Below, piece by piece: positions 34,230 to 46,645 of a DNA stretch of 49,123 nucleotides (positions are counted from its first letter, which is position 1; each line of letters starts with the position of its first letter). The position numbers and the translations under genes are program-made. The stretch lies in contig NIVC01004353.1 in the NCBI GenBank assembly GCA_002269645.1, forward strand, positions 1-49,123, read 5' to 3'. The notes under the pieces are model-generated. The model made no database searches and had not been told where the DNA came from. It saw only the letters and a list, made by a program, of their open reading frames with translations. This DNA comes from Macrostomum lignano (lineage: Eukaryota).

Positions 34230-35627
34230 TCTTCTTTTTTGTTTCCTATCTTCTCTCTCGTCTTTTGTCTCTTCTCTTGCTCCTCTCCTATATTCTCTCT
34301 GGTCTCTCATGTCCACTTTTATCTCTTCTCATTTTTCTCTGCTCTTTACTCTTTCTTCTCTCTGCTCTCTACTCTCTCTTCCCTCTCCCCTCTTCTCACT
34401 CCTTACTCTACCCTCTCTCAACACTTCCCTCATCTCTCCTCTCTCCTTTTTCCTCTCTTCTCTCAACTCTCTCCTTTTCTCTGTCTACTCCATCCTCTCA
34501 TCTCTCTGCTCTCTCCTGTCTTATCTCTCTTCTCTCTAATCTCTCCCCTCTTTCCTCTCCTCTCCTCCTTTTCACCAATTTCCCCCGTCCTCTCGATTCT
34601 CTCCCCTCCCCTCCTCTCTCCTCACTCACTTCTCATCTCTCCCTTGTCTCCACCTCTCATATCCTTTTTTATCTCTCCTCTTCTCTCTACTCTCCCATCT
34701 CTCATCTGTTTACTCTTGTTTCTGCTCTCTCATCTCCCTTCTCTCATCTGTCATCTTTACTTTCATATTTTCTCTCATCTCTCTCCTCTTGTACTCTTCT
34801 CTTTCCCCTTTTGACTTGACTCTTTCCTTTCTTCTTTCTTCTTGTCTCTTCTCTTCTCTCTTCTATACTCTCTCCCTCTTGTCTTCTCTCTTCTCTCCAT
34901 TCTCCTCTCTCCTCTCATATATTGTCTATTCACTCTGATCTTTGCTCTCTCATTCCCCTCTCTCTCCTGTCATCTCTACTCTCCTCTCTCCTGTGTACTC
35001 TTCTCTTTCCCCTCTTCTGACTCCTCTCTTTCCTTACTCCTCTCTTCTCTTCCCTCTTCTATACTCTCCCCTCTATTATATTCTATTGTCTCTCTGCACT
35101 CTGCTCTCTCTTCTTCATCTCCTATCTCTACTCTCTCATCTTTCCTTTTATTTCTCTCATCTCTACAATCTCATATTTTTCCTCTCTCCTCTTCCCTTTA
35201 CTCTATCATCTCTCCTTTCTCCTCTCTTCTTTCTCAACTCTCTCTCTTTCATCTCTTATCTCCTCTCATCTCTTATCTCCTCTCCTCTCTTATCTCCTCT
35301 CATCTCTTATCTCCTCTTTTCTCACTCCTCTCTCCCCCTCTTATCTATCCTTTCTAATCTCTCCTCTCAATCCTCTCTCATCTGCCTCTCTGTTCTCTTA
35401 TCTCTCATCTCTTCTCACTTTTCTCTACTCTCCTCTCTCATCGATCCTCTGTCTCATCTATCTCTCCCCTCTTCTTTCTCAGTCTCCTCACCTCTACTCT
35501 TTCCTCTCCCTCCTCTCTCCCCTCCTCTTGCTTCTTCCTCCCATATTCTCTGCTCTCTCCTCACCTCCTCGTTTCTCCTGTTATCTTCTATCTTTTCTCT
35601 CATCTCCCTCTCACCTCTTCTCTCTTG
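34230..35627. repeat. ~1.4 kb CT-rich low-complexity polypyrimidine/polypurine tract
   Basis: The plus strand is almost entirely C and T (TCTC, CTT, CCT) with no fixed long period. Confidence 0.95.
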
Positions 35628-35987
35628 ATCCCTGCTTCGAAAGCCAGTTTGTAGGACATAGTCACGTAGTACTATCATGGTTGTTATCATTTCTCATGCT
35701 TTAATCACATTATCTTTCTGTCTGGCCAATTAGCAGCCCTGAGACTCTGAGAGAAATTTGTGTATCTCCAGATCCACCACCATAGTCTGCAGCAGTCTAA
35801 CAACCAAGGAAATATAATATGCATTTCTTAGGTTAGGAGCCATTTAAATTTTAAATTTTAACCTTATGCAAAACTTAATGTTAAAATTTTCATGGTGTAA
35901 CTAATTTAGTAGGATTGCATTGTAATCAGTTATTCATTAATTTTTTAAAATTTTTACAAACCATCTCGCATTGCCTTGATTTGACAT

Positions 35988-36671
35988 TAGGGATTACAAT
36001 CCCGGGATCCCGGACACTTTTTGGCCTGACAAAATCTCAGGATTAAGGGCTTGGGATCCCAGGATTGGAAACTTTTTTGATAAAGTGGGTGATATCCAGG
36101 AAATATCAAAATGTTTTTATTTTAAATACATTACACAAGTAACATTCGCGCGTCATGATTGTGACGTGACTCCCAATTCTCAAATCGTGATTCATGATAT
36201 AATACAAATTATACAATACATACAATACATACAAGTCTCAAACTTGTGTTGTGTTTATATATTTGATTACTTGTGTTACTTATGTAACTTATGTTATATA
36301 TATAAAAGCATTGAAAAATGACTGGGAGATAATTTTGCATGCATGTATTCATATTTTTTTATATAGTAGTGTAATAGTATTATAGTATAGTAGTAGTATA
36401 GTATAATAGTAGTATAGTATATATCATATATATTGTATATCATATATATCTTATATAGTATGGTAGTAATATATATGTACAGAATGCATTCTTAATTTCT
36501 TACATATACATGGGCATTAGTTGATGAAAAATTTGAAGCAGGTTTTCTGGCATTCTATTGGCAAAAATATTTAAAATGTCAATCCTGGGATTGAGTTTGG
36601 GATCCCAGGATTGAGTCATTTCTTTGTCTGGGATCCCAGGATTGTAGAACAGCCGGGATTTGCAATCCCTA
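35988..36671. mobile_element. hAT-like MITE (684 bp)
   Basis: TIRs TAGGGATTACAATCCCGG and (rc) TAGGGATTGCAAATCCCGG. Subterminal GGGATCCC repeats. Degenerate 8-bp flanks TTTGACAT/TTTGCTGT. No ORF. Confidence 0.75.
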
Positions 36672-36699
36672 TTTGCTGTCCTTGTTTAACTACTGCAGA

Positions 36700-37494
36700 C
36701 TTGTCTATACAGAGGACAGTGGTTTGAATCTTTTGGTAAACTCTCCTCTCCACGTCTCTCCACTTGCGGGGATACAGAGAAGGCCATTAAAAAGTTATTC
36801 CAAAATACTTTACATTTACTATGTTCATTGAGCCCTATTGCCTAATCCTTTGTCTGGGGAAATGAGTTGGATGAGTGGCACAAACAATAGAAAAGCAGAC
36901 AAACTTCACATGCTTACAGTTTCTGTCCTGATTGAGATACAATATTGAGACTTTACATTTAGACAGAGAATGGGTCAATAAAGAATTGTGTCAAATCGCT
37001 TTACCTGGAGCAAACTTATAGCAGCCAAAAGTTAGTCATTTTAAAACCTATTTACACCCTTTGCTCAGATTGGGAAAGAGAGGCAGGCGGGCAGAGGTTG
37101 GGGTGGCTTTCTCGCTGACAAAAAACAGCCTAACTTTAAAAGTACACAGCGCCATTTAGGATTAACTTTGAGACTCTAAATTTTATATGATTGTGCCAAA
37201 ATTTAAAGATTATCTTTATCTGTGTCAAATTTGAAGAGAATTGGTAGAAGTGGAGCGGCACTATGGAGGATTTAGTGAAAAAATTGCACATTTTGAGCAT
37301 TTGCACATTTTTGTACTTTTAGGTAGGAAAACTTAAGTCTAGGAAATTTAAAGGTAGCCTAAGACATTCTCCGTAGTAAGTTTAGGGTGGGTGTAAAGTT
37401 TGGTGTCATTTGGTTGAGAGGTTTGGGAGTCCATAGCAATCAAAATTGTACACAAAATAGACAGACAGAGTTTTGACTTTTATATGTAGAGATA
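36700..37494 (+). mobile_element. Possible non-autonomous Helitron/Helentron-associated (HINE/DINE-like) element
   Basis: Right end ...TAGACAGACAGAG...CTTTTATATGTAGAGAT and AAATTTG..GAATTGG motifs resemble such elements. Left end not defined. Confidence 0.3.
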
Positions 37495-38067
37495 GCTAAA
37501 AGTTCTCTTTTTGGCCAATAGTCTAATGGTTTTGTAGTTAGATAGTTGTATAACTATATAATTATATATTTATAGCCATGTCTAAATTTTTCTTAGCTTA
37601 TTTGTATTCAATATTTATATCTACAGTATATAATTTTCTAGCTTTCTATAGGCTAAACTTAATGGTTTTAACTCCTACTATCCTAATTATATAATGTTAT
37701 ATATGACAAAATCTATTGCTTAAGTCTTTAACATTGGCCTCTATCATTCTAACCATACAATATATAGGCTTACATGACATTTTGTTGACTACACCTATTT
37801 TTATATGTGCATATTTTCCCAGAATAAAATGTACAAATGATACTATAAAGTAGATTTAGTTGAGTAGCTACAAGGGATATCCCAAAAGTCAGTGCACTTT
37901 TTTCATTACAGCCTTTTCTAACCAATTAGAAATATTTAGTTTATAGCAGTTGAAAAGAGAATTATCTGCCATTAAAAAGACTTTTTATTTTTTCAGTATC
38001 TGCTAGCATTCTTGAGATATGAACACTTTTCTTCCCTCATTCCATGCTACTTTTACAAATTGCTATA

Positions 38068-38865
38068 GACTAAGACTTTGTACCTAATGCATGAAACAAC
38101 AAAACATTCAACAAATCAACAAAATATCTGCAACATGAAAGCTGAGAAAAGAACAGTCAAAAGTTAATTATCAACATTTGTTATCCTAAGGCTTCTCTAT
38201 ACAGTCATCACTGTGCTGCATACACTTCTATCATTGGCTATGCATGCCATCAATGTCATCAGCAATGACATTGACAAATTCAGGAATTGCTTGACACTGA
38301 TGCCAGACTGACAGTTTGTGAGATTGTAGACATGCTTGGCAGTCCAAAGTTCACTGTTCACTCAGTCACTTTGCAATGACTGAGGAGTTGGAACTGTCAA
38401 ATATCTCAGCCTACTAGGTATTGTGGCTCCATACCTTTGCACAATGACAATGCATATCCCCACATGGCCAAGAATATATAGAGACGATTGAGCAGGCAAA
38501 TTTTGTGCTGCTTTCATACCTATCCCTACTCTCCTGATTTGTCATTAATTGACTTTGCTATCTTTGCAAAGATGAAAAAGCTGCTGCGTGGACAAATCTT
38601 GCTTGTTGTGGGAGCCTAGAAGCATTGACTTGCCAAGTTTTCTTTCATGAGATGCCAGACTCAGATTTTGCTGATGACATTGACAATATATATAGCCAAT
38701 GCAGAAGTGTATATAGCACAGTGATGACTATGTGGAGAAGCCTCAGGACAATGTTGATTATTATTGATTAACTTTTGACTAGTCTTTCCTTAGCTTTCAT
38801 GTTGCAGATGTTTTGTTGATTCATTGAATGTTTTGTTGTTTTGTGCATCAGGTAAAGTCTTAGGG
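38068..38865 (+). mobile_element. Internally deleted mariner derivative (798 bp) with ~110 bp terminal inverted repeats
   Basis: 38068-38178 is an imperfect reverse complement of ~38752-38865. TA flanks. Internal remnants LHNDNAYPHMA and YPYSPDLSLIDFAIFAKMKKLLRG. Confidence 0.8.
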
Positions 38866-39123
38866 TAATGTATAGGGGGCAACCCAGTCCCAGGCCCGGG
38901 CCAAAAAGTCAGGAATCCCGACCAAAATCATGGCCTGACCCGGGCCCAGGCCCAACCCTAAAAAAGTCAGGAAATTGGGACAAGTCTTTTTTCCCTAAAG
39001 GCACTAACTGCATGCGAATATTTGGGTATTAAGTCTTGTAATGTAACTCTTGTCTATTGTTAAGTCTTAACTAATGTATTAAATAATAATAATAATATTT
39101 ATTATATATTTAATAGTAATCCA

Positions 39124-39406
39124 TGTTGAAATTTGCTTCTTTTAATTAAGTATATTTTATCAGTTTTAACAAAAAATACAGAAGATGAAAAATTGAGCAG
39201 TTTGGGAGGGCACTTAAAGTATTAGCGTATTTGCAATATGAACTAACAACCATAGATACATTGGTACGATACTGTATTGGATATTTATTGAACTTTCTAG
39301 AAAGGGATTTGCACAGCGATTTGCATTAACAATATTAATCAATATTATGTATCTGACAATTACTATATAAAGTACTAAAAGTATGAGCTATATACTATAA
39401 ACAACA
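39124..39406 (-). repeat. 3' LTR (283 bp) of the copia element
   Basis: Matches 43564-43860 with 11 substitutions. Abuts the PPT AGTAGGAG (39414-39407). Confidence 0.95.
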
Positions 39407-39567
39407 CTCCTACTAAATTGTCAGAAACTTATCATTGGAAGATTTAAGTTAATTGCGGTAGATTACTCAGTAGTCTCTGATATTAAAAATGGATGACAAT
39501 GACATTAGTTACTTCAGTTACTCCAGTTACTTCAATTCATATCCATACACTTAATACCAAGCATTGA

Positions 39568-42500
39568 TCACAGATTTTCAAACTGATGCCTGGGAATTGG
39601 CTTTGTCAGAATGTCCGCCAGCATTTCCTTTGTTGGACAGTATTCCAGTTTCACAGTACCAGCTTGAATAGCATCTCGAATAAAATGATAGCAGATGTCA
39701 ATATGCTTTGTCCGCTTGTGTCGAATCAGATTTTTTGACATTGCAATGGCTCCTTGATTGTCTTCCTTAATTACAGTTGACCCAGTGACATTGGCACCCA
39801 AATTGCTTACAAGTCGACGAAGCCATATTGCCTCCTGTGTCGCAGATGCAAGGGCCATGTACTCAGCTTCTGTCATTGACAATGCCACCGTGGTTTGCTT
39901 TTGACTTAACCATGTTATTGCTCCACTGGCCATAATGAAGACACTTCCAGTGACTGAGCGTCTGCTATCCAAGTCCGACACCCAATCAGCGTCTGAGTAG
40001 CCAATGATCTCGTTACTTCCAGACTTCTCATATTTTAGAATGACGTCTGATGAGCCTTTCAGGTATTGAAGAATTCTCTTGGCAGCGGTGAGATGAGCCT
40101 CAATTGGTTTGGAATTGAATTTTGATACTGCTCCTACTGCTTGAGCAATGCCTGGCCGTGTAGCGATTGCTGTGTACAATAGGCTGCCTACAATTGATTG
40201 ATAGGCCTTTGGATCCACGAATTTGCTGTAGCCATTGTTTTCAACAAGCTTGACACTTGAATCCATTGGAGTTGTGGCTGGGTTTGCTTCCAACATTTTA
40301 AACTTCTTCAGTAGTTGCATAATGTATTGCTTCTGATGAAGTTGAAGAAATCGTCTCTCTGAGTCAATCACTATTGTCACTCCTAAATAGTAATGAAGCT
40401 CTCCCATATCTTTCATCTTGAATCATCAAGTGAATTCCTCCTTGATACTCTGCATTTCATCCATAGTATCAGTAGTCATCACCAAGTCGTCAACATAAAC
40501 CGCAATGATTGACATGTTTCCAAGTTTGCGAGTGAACACACATGGGTCTGCTCCATTTTCCTTGAATCCAATCAAGATTAGGTAATCACAGAGGGCCTTG
40601 TTCCAACACCGGGGTGATTGCTTTAGACCATATAGCGATCTTTTCAGCTTGCAGACTAAATTGAGGTGGTTGATCCATGAAGATTTCTTCTGTTAAATGT
40701 CCATTTAGAAATGCAGTGACCAGATCCATTTGATGAATGTGCATTTCTCGTTGAGTTGTAAATGCCAGTATAGTATGGATTGATGAGAATCTTACCACAG
40801 AAGAAAATGTCTAATCATAATCCACTCCAGGTTGTTAAGAATACCTTTGGCAACCAGGCATCCTTTGAATTGTTCAATGTTTCCGCAGCTGTCATGCTTC
40901 ACTTTGAATACCCACTTGCAGCCAACAGTCTTTCGTCCTTCTGGAAGAGAAACTAATTCCCACGTATCATTTTCTATCAGAGAGTTGTATTCCGAGTCTG
41001 TTGCTTCTTTCCATTCCTTCGCATTATCACAACTCTAAGCCTCATCAATTGATCTGGGTTCCAAAATCTCCATGGCTGGAAAAGCACAATGTTGTGGCTC
41101 TGTTGTACTTAGGCTAGCTACTTTGAAGTTCTCATTGTATTGAAAACGCTCTGGGGTTTTCTTTTGTTGCGTGGTCATTGGCAGAATTTGTTGGATTTCA
41201 GTTTCAATTTCTTCATTCGGAGTTGTTTGGCTGTTGTGCTTGTCGAGGTTCTTTTCATTGTTCTGCTAGAAATCATTCAACTTTCCGAAGTCTCCTCATT
41301 GAAGATGACATCTTAACAAACAACTGTTTTCCTAGTTCTTTTGTCAAACAATCTGTAGCCCTTTTGATTGTCACTATAGCCAACGAACCTAAGCTTGGTA
41401 GTCTTCTTATCAAGTTTTTGTCTCTCTACTGTAGGAATGTGAGCATAAGCTACACAGCCAAACGTTCGAAGGTGTGAGATGTTTGGCTTTTGTCCATACC
41501 ATCTTTTGTAGGGTGTCATCATTGGTGCTACTGAGTTTGTCGGGACTCTGTTGTGGATATACATGGCTGTGTTAATGGCTTCTACCCAATAAACATTGCT
41601 AAGACCAGCATGAGTTATCATTGTTCTAGCAGATTCAATGAGAGTATGGTTCATTGTTTCAGCAACACTGTTCTGTTCTAGTGTGTGGGCAACCGAAATT
41701 TCATGTCGAATTCCTTTTGCAAGTAAAAATGCAGAAAATTCTTTAGACATATACTCTCCTCCACTATCAGTTTGGAGAACTTTTATTGTTTTTTCAGTCT
41801 CATTAGTCACCTGCGCTTTGAATTCCTTAAACTTCTGGAAGACTTCAGACTTAGTCTTCAGAAAATAGACCTTCACAATGTGAGAGAAGCCATTAGTGAA
41901 ATTCGCAAAAAATCAATTCCCGCCAAACGACTATGTCTGCATTGGTCCACAAATGTCACTGTGCACAAGTTGCAGTACTTCTGATGAGCAAATTTCTCCC
42001 ACTGATTTGTGATTCTTTCAATGTGTCTTTCCTTCAATGCACACTTCACAGAAATTCATATCACTCACAATGGAAGTGTCAGTACCCTCGACGTACCTTT
42101 TCTTGAATAGTTGTTCGAGTTGATTTCTGTGAAGATGTCCTAGACGTTGATGCCATAAATTGGCAGTTTTGAGCTCTGACTTTGTAGTCCTTACTGCAGC
42201 TGTAGCTAAGTTGCAATCTACATCACACTCAAGTTGGTACAATTGATCAACTAGTGTTCCAAAGCCTACTAGCTTCCCTGTTTGGTTTCAAATCCAGCAC
42301 CTAGTGTGACCAAACTGAATGACATTGTTCTTAAGTGTAGCCGCACATACACTGAACAGATTGCAGGCTAGTCTAGGTACGAAAAGTACAGATCCAAGTA
42401 CTACATTAGAACACTCACCACCAGGGAATCTCGTGACGATGTCCACTCATCCAGTTCTGTAAGCTTGAACTGTTTGCCCGTCTCTGAGCCTTACATTTTC

Positions 42501-43448
42501 TGGTTCATCAAATTCAATGTAGTCTTTTAGAGCATTCCTTTGACAGGTCATTTGTCTTGTCGCACCAGAGTCAATTATCCACCGTGCAGTTCTGTCCTGA
42601 GGACCAGTTTCTTCAGAGGTAAGAAATGTAGTGGCACTATCGGCTGTCTCATTGTCCAGGTTTGGATTCGAATGACTCGTACTTTCTGCAGTTTTGGCTT
42701 TATGCAGAGTTGATTTTGAGTTTTGCTGCCTGTTGCTCACATTGAACCTGCACTCTCTACTGAAGTGTCCTTCCTTGCCACATGTGTAGCACTTAATTGG
42801 TCTGCGTCCCTTAAATTTGTCAACACGAAGAGCAGATTCCAAATCACGGGATTTGTATTTCATAGTTTCACTTCGTTTCATTTCTTCATTAAGCAGTGCT
42901 TGTTGAACCGTCAGCAAAGTTAGCTCCTCTTCCTTTCGGGTCTCCAGAGCCGTAACCAGATGACTGTAGCTGTCAAGTAGACTGCTAAGAAGAATCACAA
43001 CCTGGTCTTCGTCAGACACAGCAGCATTAATGGACGCCAGCTTGTCAGTTAACTCCTTCAGACAGCAAATGTGCTCTTGAACTGGAGTCCCATCAGTCAT
43101 TTGCAATCTAAATAGTTTTTTCTTCAAAAACAACATGTTGGCAGTTGAGTCACATTCAAAATGACCACATAAAATTTGCCACATCTGCTTCGGATCATCA
43201 TTGCATGTAGTCACAAGGTAGATGTACTCACTGCTGAGAGACAGAACTATCATTGCTGCTGCTTGCTGTTGCTGTTCCTTGAATTCATTGCGTCATGCTT
43301 CATTTGCGTCTTGCTGAAGAATATCTTCTCCAGTAGCTATGCCCTAGAGTCTTCTTGCAATTAAGCAATGTTTCATTTGGATTTTCCATGTCATCCAATT
43401 GTCCTTTGTGAGCTTCTCTATGTGCCATTTTTCTTTGCTTGCAGCCAT
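39568..43448 (-). pseudogene. Disrupted copia gag-pol
   Basis: Gag starts MAASKEKW at 43448. Zinc knuckle CYTCGKEGHFSREC, protease WIIDSGA, GAG-pre-integrase LWHQRLGHL, integrase LQTDSGGEY/QNSVAETMN, RT KTVGCKWVFK/YVDD, RNase H GYSDADW/KHIDICYHF. Many stops and frameshifts. Confidence 0.95.
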
Positions 43449-43549
43449 AGCAACGTAACTGATCGACTGAGCGATCAAGTTTCCAGATGGCACAAAGAAC
43501 CAGATTACCAGAATGATCTAGAACATTGAAGTACTCGCAGTGGCCTCGG

Positions 43550-43563
43550 CTGGGCCCATAACC
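43550..43563 (-). other. Primer-binding site GGTTATGGGCCCAG (copia type, internal initiator tRNA-Met fragment primer)
   Basis: Directly abuts the 5' LTR and matches the PBS known from Drosophila copia. Confidence 0.85.
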
Positions 43564-43860
43564 TGTTGAAATTTGCTTCTTTTAATTAAGTATATTTTAT
43601 CAGTTTTAACAAAAAATACAGAAGATGAAAAATTAAGCAGTTTGGGGGGGCACTTAAAGTATTAGCGTATTTGCGATATGAACTAACAACCATAGATACA
43701 TTGGTACGATACTGTATTAGATATTTATTGAACTTTCTAGAAAGGGATACATATAGCTATTTGCATTAACAATATTAATCAATATTATGTATCTGACAAT
43801 TACTATATAAAGTACTAAAAGTAAAGTACTAAAAGTACGAGCTATATACTATAAACAACA
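43564..43860 (-). repeat. 5' LTR (297 bp) of the copia element
   Basis: Matches the 3' LTR plus a 14-bp tandem duplication (AAGTACTAAAAGTA). Confidence 0.95.
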
Positions 43861-44538
43861 ATTCATACATGCTAAAATTATTAAGATTTATTAGGATGAT
43901 TTTTTCCATTTATTGAGCTATCCTAAAGATCTTGTCCCAAATTCCCAAGGCCTAACCTGGGCCCAAGTCCTCATTCCCAGGTCCGACCTGGGCCCGACTT
44001 TGGCCATCCCGGTCGCCCCCTATGTATACATATACATTAGGGATAGCCACAACTCAATGATTGAAAAATAGAAATATATTTTTATTTTAATATAAAGCCA
44101 TGTCATTTTTATCAGAAAGCATTTTATTGCATGTCCAATATTTAATTTATTAAAAATTCTCTATTTAAAACATAGCATTAATAAGTAGTACAATAAAAAA
44201 GCATAGTAAAAACAGTAAAAACAACTAGATTTTAGTTATCTCAGATCAGGTTTACCTTACCATATATTATTTATTAATTTGATTACTTGACTATATGCCA
44301 TTGATTATTACTGTATGCTAGAAATTAAAACACAAAGCCTAGGCCTATTAAAAAGATGCATAACAATGAAAGCAAATGGTTTAGGCCTATATTTAATTTT
44401 TTTACAAGCTATAAAAAATCATGGATTTTAAACTCACTGAATTCTAACTTTAATCCCTAAAATTATTTTACATGCATTTTGAAATGTGAAGTCCTACTCA
44501 AAAAACATTGATATTAATGTACATTGGTATTAATAATA

Positions 44539-45091
44539 GGCAATCCTACACTTCCGTTCGGTAAATTATTTTGACATTGAATTTTGAACAGGCGTGGTAA
44601 ATAACAATGTAACCAAACAAAACTAAAACAGTGGAACATGGTAGCAGTCTGTTAGAGCACATAGTCACTTAGAGTGTGTCTGCAGGTCATTAAGGTGTCT
44701 ACAATGGATAGTAATGTCCAATCCAGTACAGGATAGCCCCAAATGGACATTGGGGATACAGACGACGCCAGAGAAATTCCTCAATGTGTGCATCGAAGAG
44801 AGCGTCGCTTGTGCCATGCATGTTGCGGATCTTGCGCTTCGCGTGGGCCCATGTGCCCTCCACGGTGTTGGTGTGGACATGTCTCCATGGCAATGAAGAC
44901 TGGAAGATATGAGAAATTGAAGCTCAATAAAACAAGCAGCTCACAAGCAACAGCTCCCTTAAACTGACACCCCTTTAAACTCTGTTCGCTCAAACTTTTG
45001 GCCATAGACACATTGCCAATCAAGGTCATTTGACTCAGTGGTACGAATTCAAATGTGAAAATAATTTACCGAACGGAAGTGTAGGATTGCC
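44539..45091 (-). mobile_element. Non-autonomous Merlin (IS1016/IS1595-related) DNA transposon, 553 bp
   Basis: TIRs starting GGCAATCCTACACTTCCGTTCGGTAAATTATTTT (34 bp perfect), exact 8-bp TSD TAATAATA, and a transposase C-terminal remnant HTNTVEGTWAHAKRKIRNMHGTSDALFDAHIEEFLWRR (44893-44699). Confidence 0.85.
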
Positions 45092-46061
45092 TAATAATAA
45101 TAGACCTGAATCTTTTCTTTTGACAAAAATGTTAAAATATAGTAGGCCTACGAAACAAAAATCTTAAGAAAATAACTACAAGCTAACATTATAAAGTGCC
45201 TCTTTCCACTAGGGCCTAAACTGTCAATGAGCATGACATTTTTTTTCATCAAAAGTAATGTGTGTCTAGGCCTATCACAAAAGCAACTTGTCACTGAAAT
45301 GATTTGTCACCAAAGCATCTGTCACCGAAACGACTGATACCCTCTAAGGCTAAGTCAATATGAATAACTTATCTATTTTAATTATAAATTACTATGTCTG
45401 CCCTATCACAAATATGGTGTCAAACAAACAATCAAACAAAAACGATATTTAGGATGTCATATCACATATGGATAACATAATGATGAATTTCAGATATTGA
45501 TTAGAATTGAATTAAGACCCATTTCTATTTCGTATACCTAAAGCTAAATCATAAATGGAAGAGAAGGCTAGAAATTATATTATTAGACAACTACACCGTA
45601 ATTTATCTTGCATAATATAGTCTTTCTGCAAATATGCATGTATGCTACAAAAATATTAGCTACATGTACTTTTATAATTGTATAGCCATCCATCCTCATC
45701 CTCGGTTGAAAACAATCTTGCTTGTCTTGCTTGCTGATCTTGTAAACTTTTCACGCTTAATGTGAAAAATTTAGCATTAGATCATGTGATTGTTATTTGA
45801 ATTTTTACTTTTAAAACAAAACACATTCGTACTTTACACTAAAATCGTTGCTGAAAGCTTTTACTCCAGGAAGCACTACAAAAATACCCTGCTGCAGAAA
45901 GAATTTGAAAAAATCATCAGTGATTCACTCGAAATTTGCAAATTATTTGTCTTGAATCCTGAGCCACATGCGTCCCATGGGACCGTGTTGAATAAAAAGT
46001 AACGCCTCAGTCACTCATCAGTTTGGTTTAAACTGCCGCGCGTCGGTGAATACGCTTACGC

Positions 46062-46152
46062 GATTAGGCTCTTGCTTACTATATAATTATAGTAATAATA
46101 ATAATAATAGTAATAATAATAATAATAATAATAATGATGATGATGATGATAA
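46062..46152. repeat. (AAT)n/(GAT)n microsatellite
   Basis: Direct sequence. Confidence 0.9.
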
Positions 46153-46394
46153 ATAAAAAAATCTTAAAAATGGCTTACGTAGAGACTATGTACATGTAAG
46201 GGCTTCCTGAGGGACTATGCTAGTCTATGCTAAAATTAAGCAAGGACCTTTTTGTAAAGAACATCATTTTGCCTTAAAAGGCGCTAAAACCCACACTGGC
46301 TTTCCTAATCCCAGGTGGAACACATACAGTACATGCATGTACACGATTTAGGACAGAAAATTAGATAGAACACAGCCTAACAATGGGTCTACGA

Positions 46395-46645
46395 AAATTG
46401 ACTGCCAGCATTTGATTGTTGCAGTGACGTTTAACTGCCAGTGACGTTTAACTAGCAGTGACTTTTGACTGTCAGAGTGACGTTTGACGTACTGCTGCCA
46501 GTGAAGTTTAAGTGCCAAAAATTAACTGCCACAAATTAACTGCAAACCCTTAACCATGCATACCCTAACCCTAAGACCTAACCTAATCCCAAACCCCAAT
46601 CTAAGCCTTAACCTAAACCTTAACCACTAGCCCTAACCTTAAATC
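46395..46645. repeat. Degenerate composite repeat: TTAACTGCCAGTGACG units followed by CCTAAC-like units, probably part of a small non-autonomous element
   Basis: Short tandem units seen directly. Element boundaries unclear. Confidence 0.55.

Larger units (their letters stand above)
39124..43860 (-). mobile_element. Full-length decayed Ty1/copia LTR retrotransposon (4.74 kb)
   Basis: Two LTRs (TG...CA), near-identical 5-bp TSD ATCCA/ATTCA, PBS, PPT, and copia domain order gag-PR-IN-RT-RH. Confidence 0.97.
38873..44022. mobile_element. hAT-like MITE (~410 bp net) split by the copia insertion
   Basis: TIRs TAGGGGGCAACC and (rc) TAGGGGGCGACC, with subterminal CCCGGGCCC/CCTGGGCCC repeats on both sides of the LTR element. 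No clean TSD. Confidence 0.7.

Noticed and set aside
34121-35628. Leu/Ser-rich multi-TM-looking ORFs
   Set aside because: Produced by the CT-only tract. All three frames are open.
44122-44135. Spliced-leader RNA gene (TTTATTGCATG resembles a flatworm SL 3' end as I recall it)
   Set aside because: Only ~11 nt match, with no following GT donor and no Sm site.
45995-46025. Hammerhead ribozyme (CTGATGA plus stem, minus strand)
   Set aside because: The stem is followed by TTTT rather than the required GAAA.
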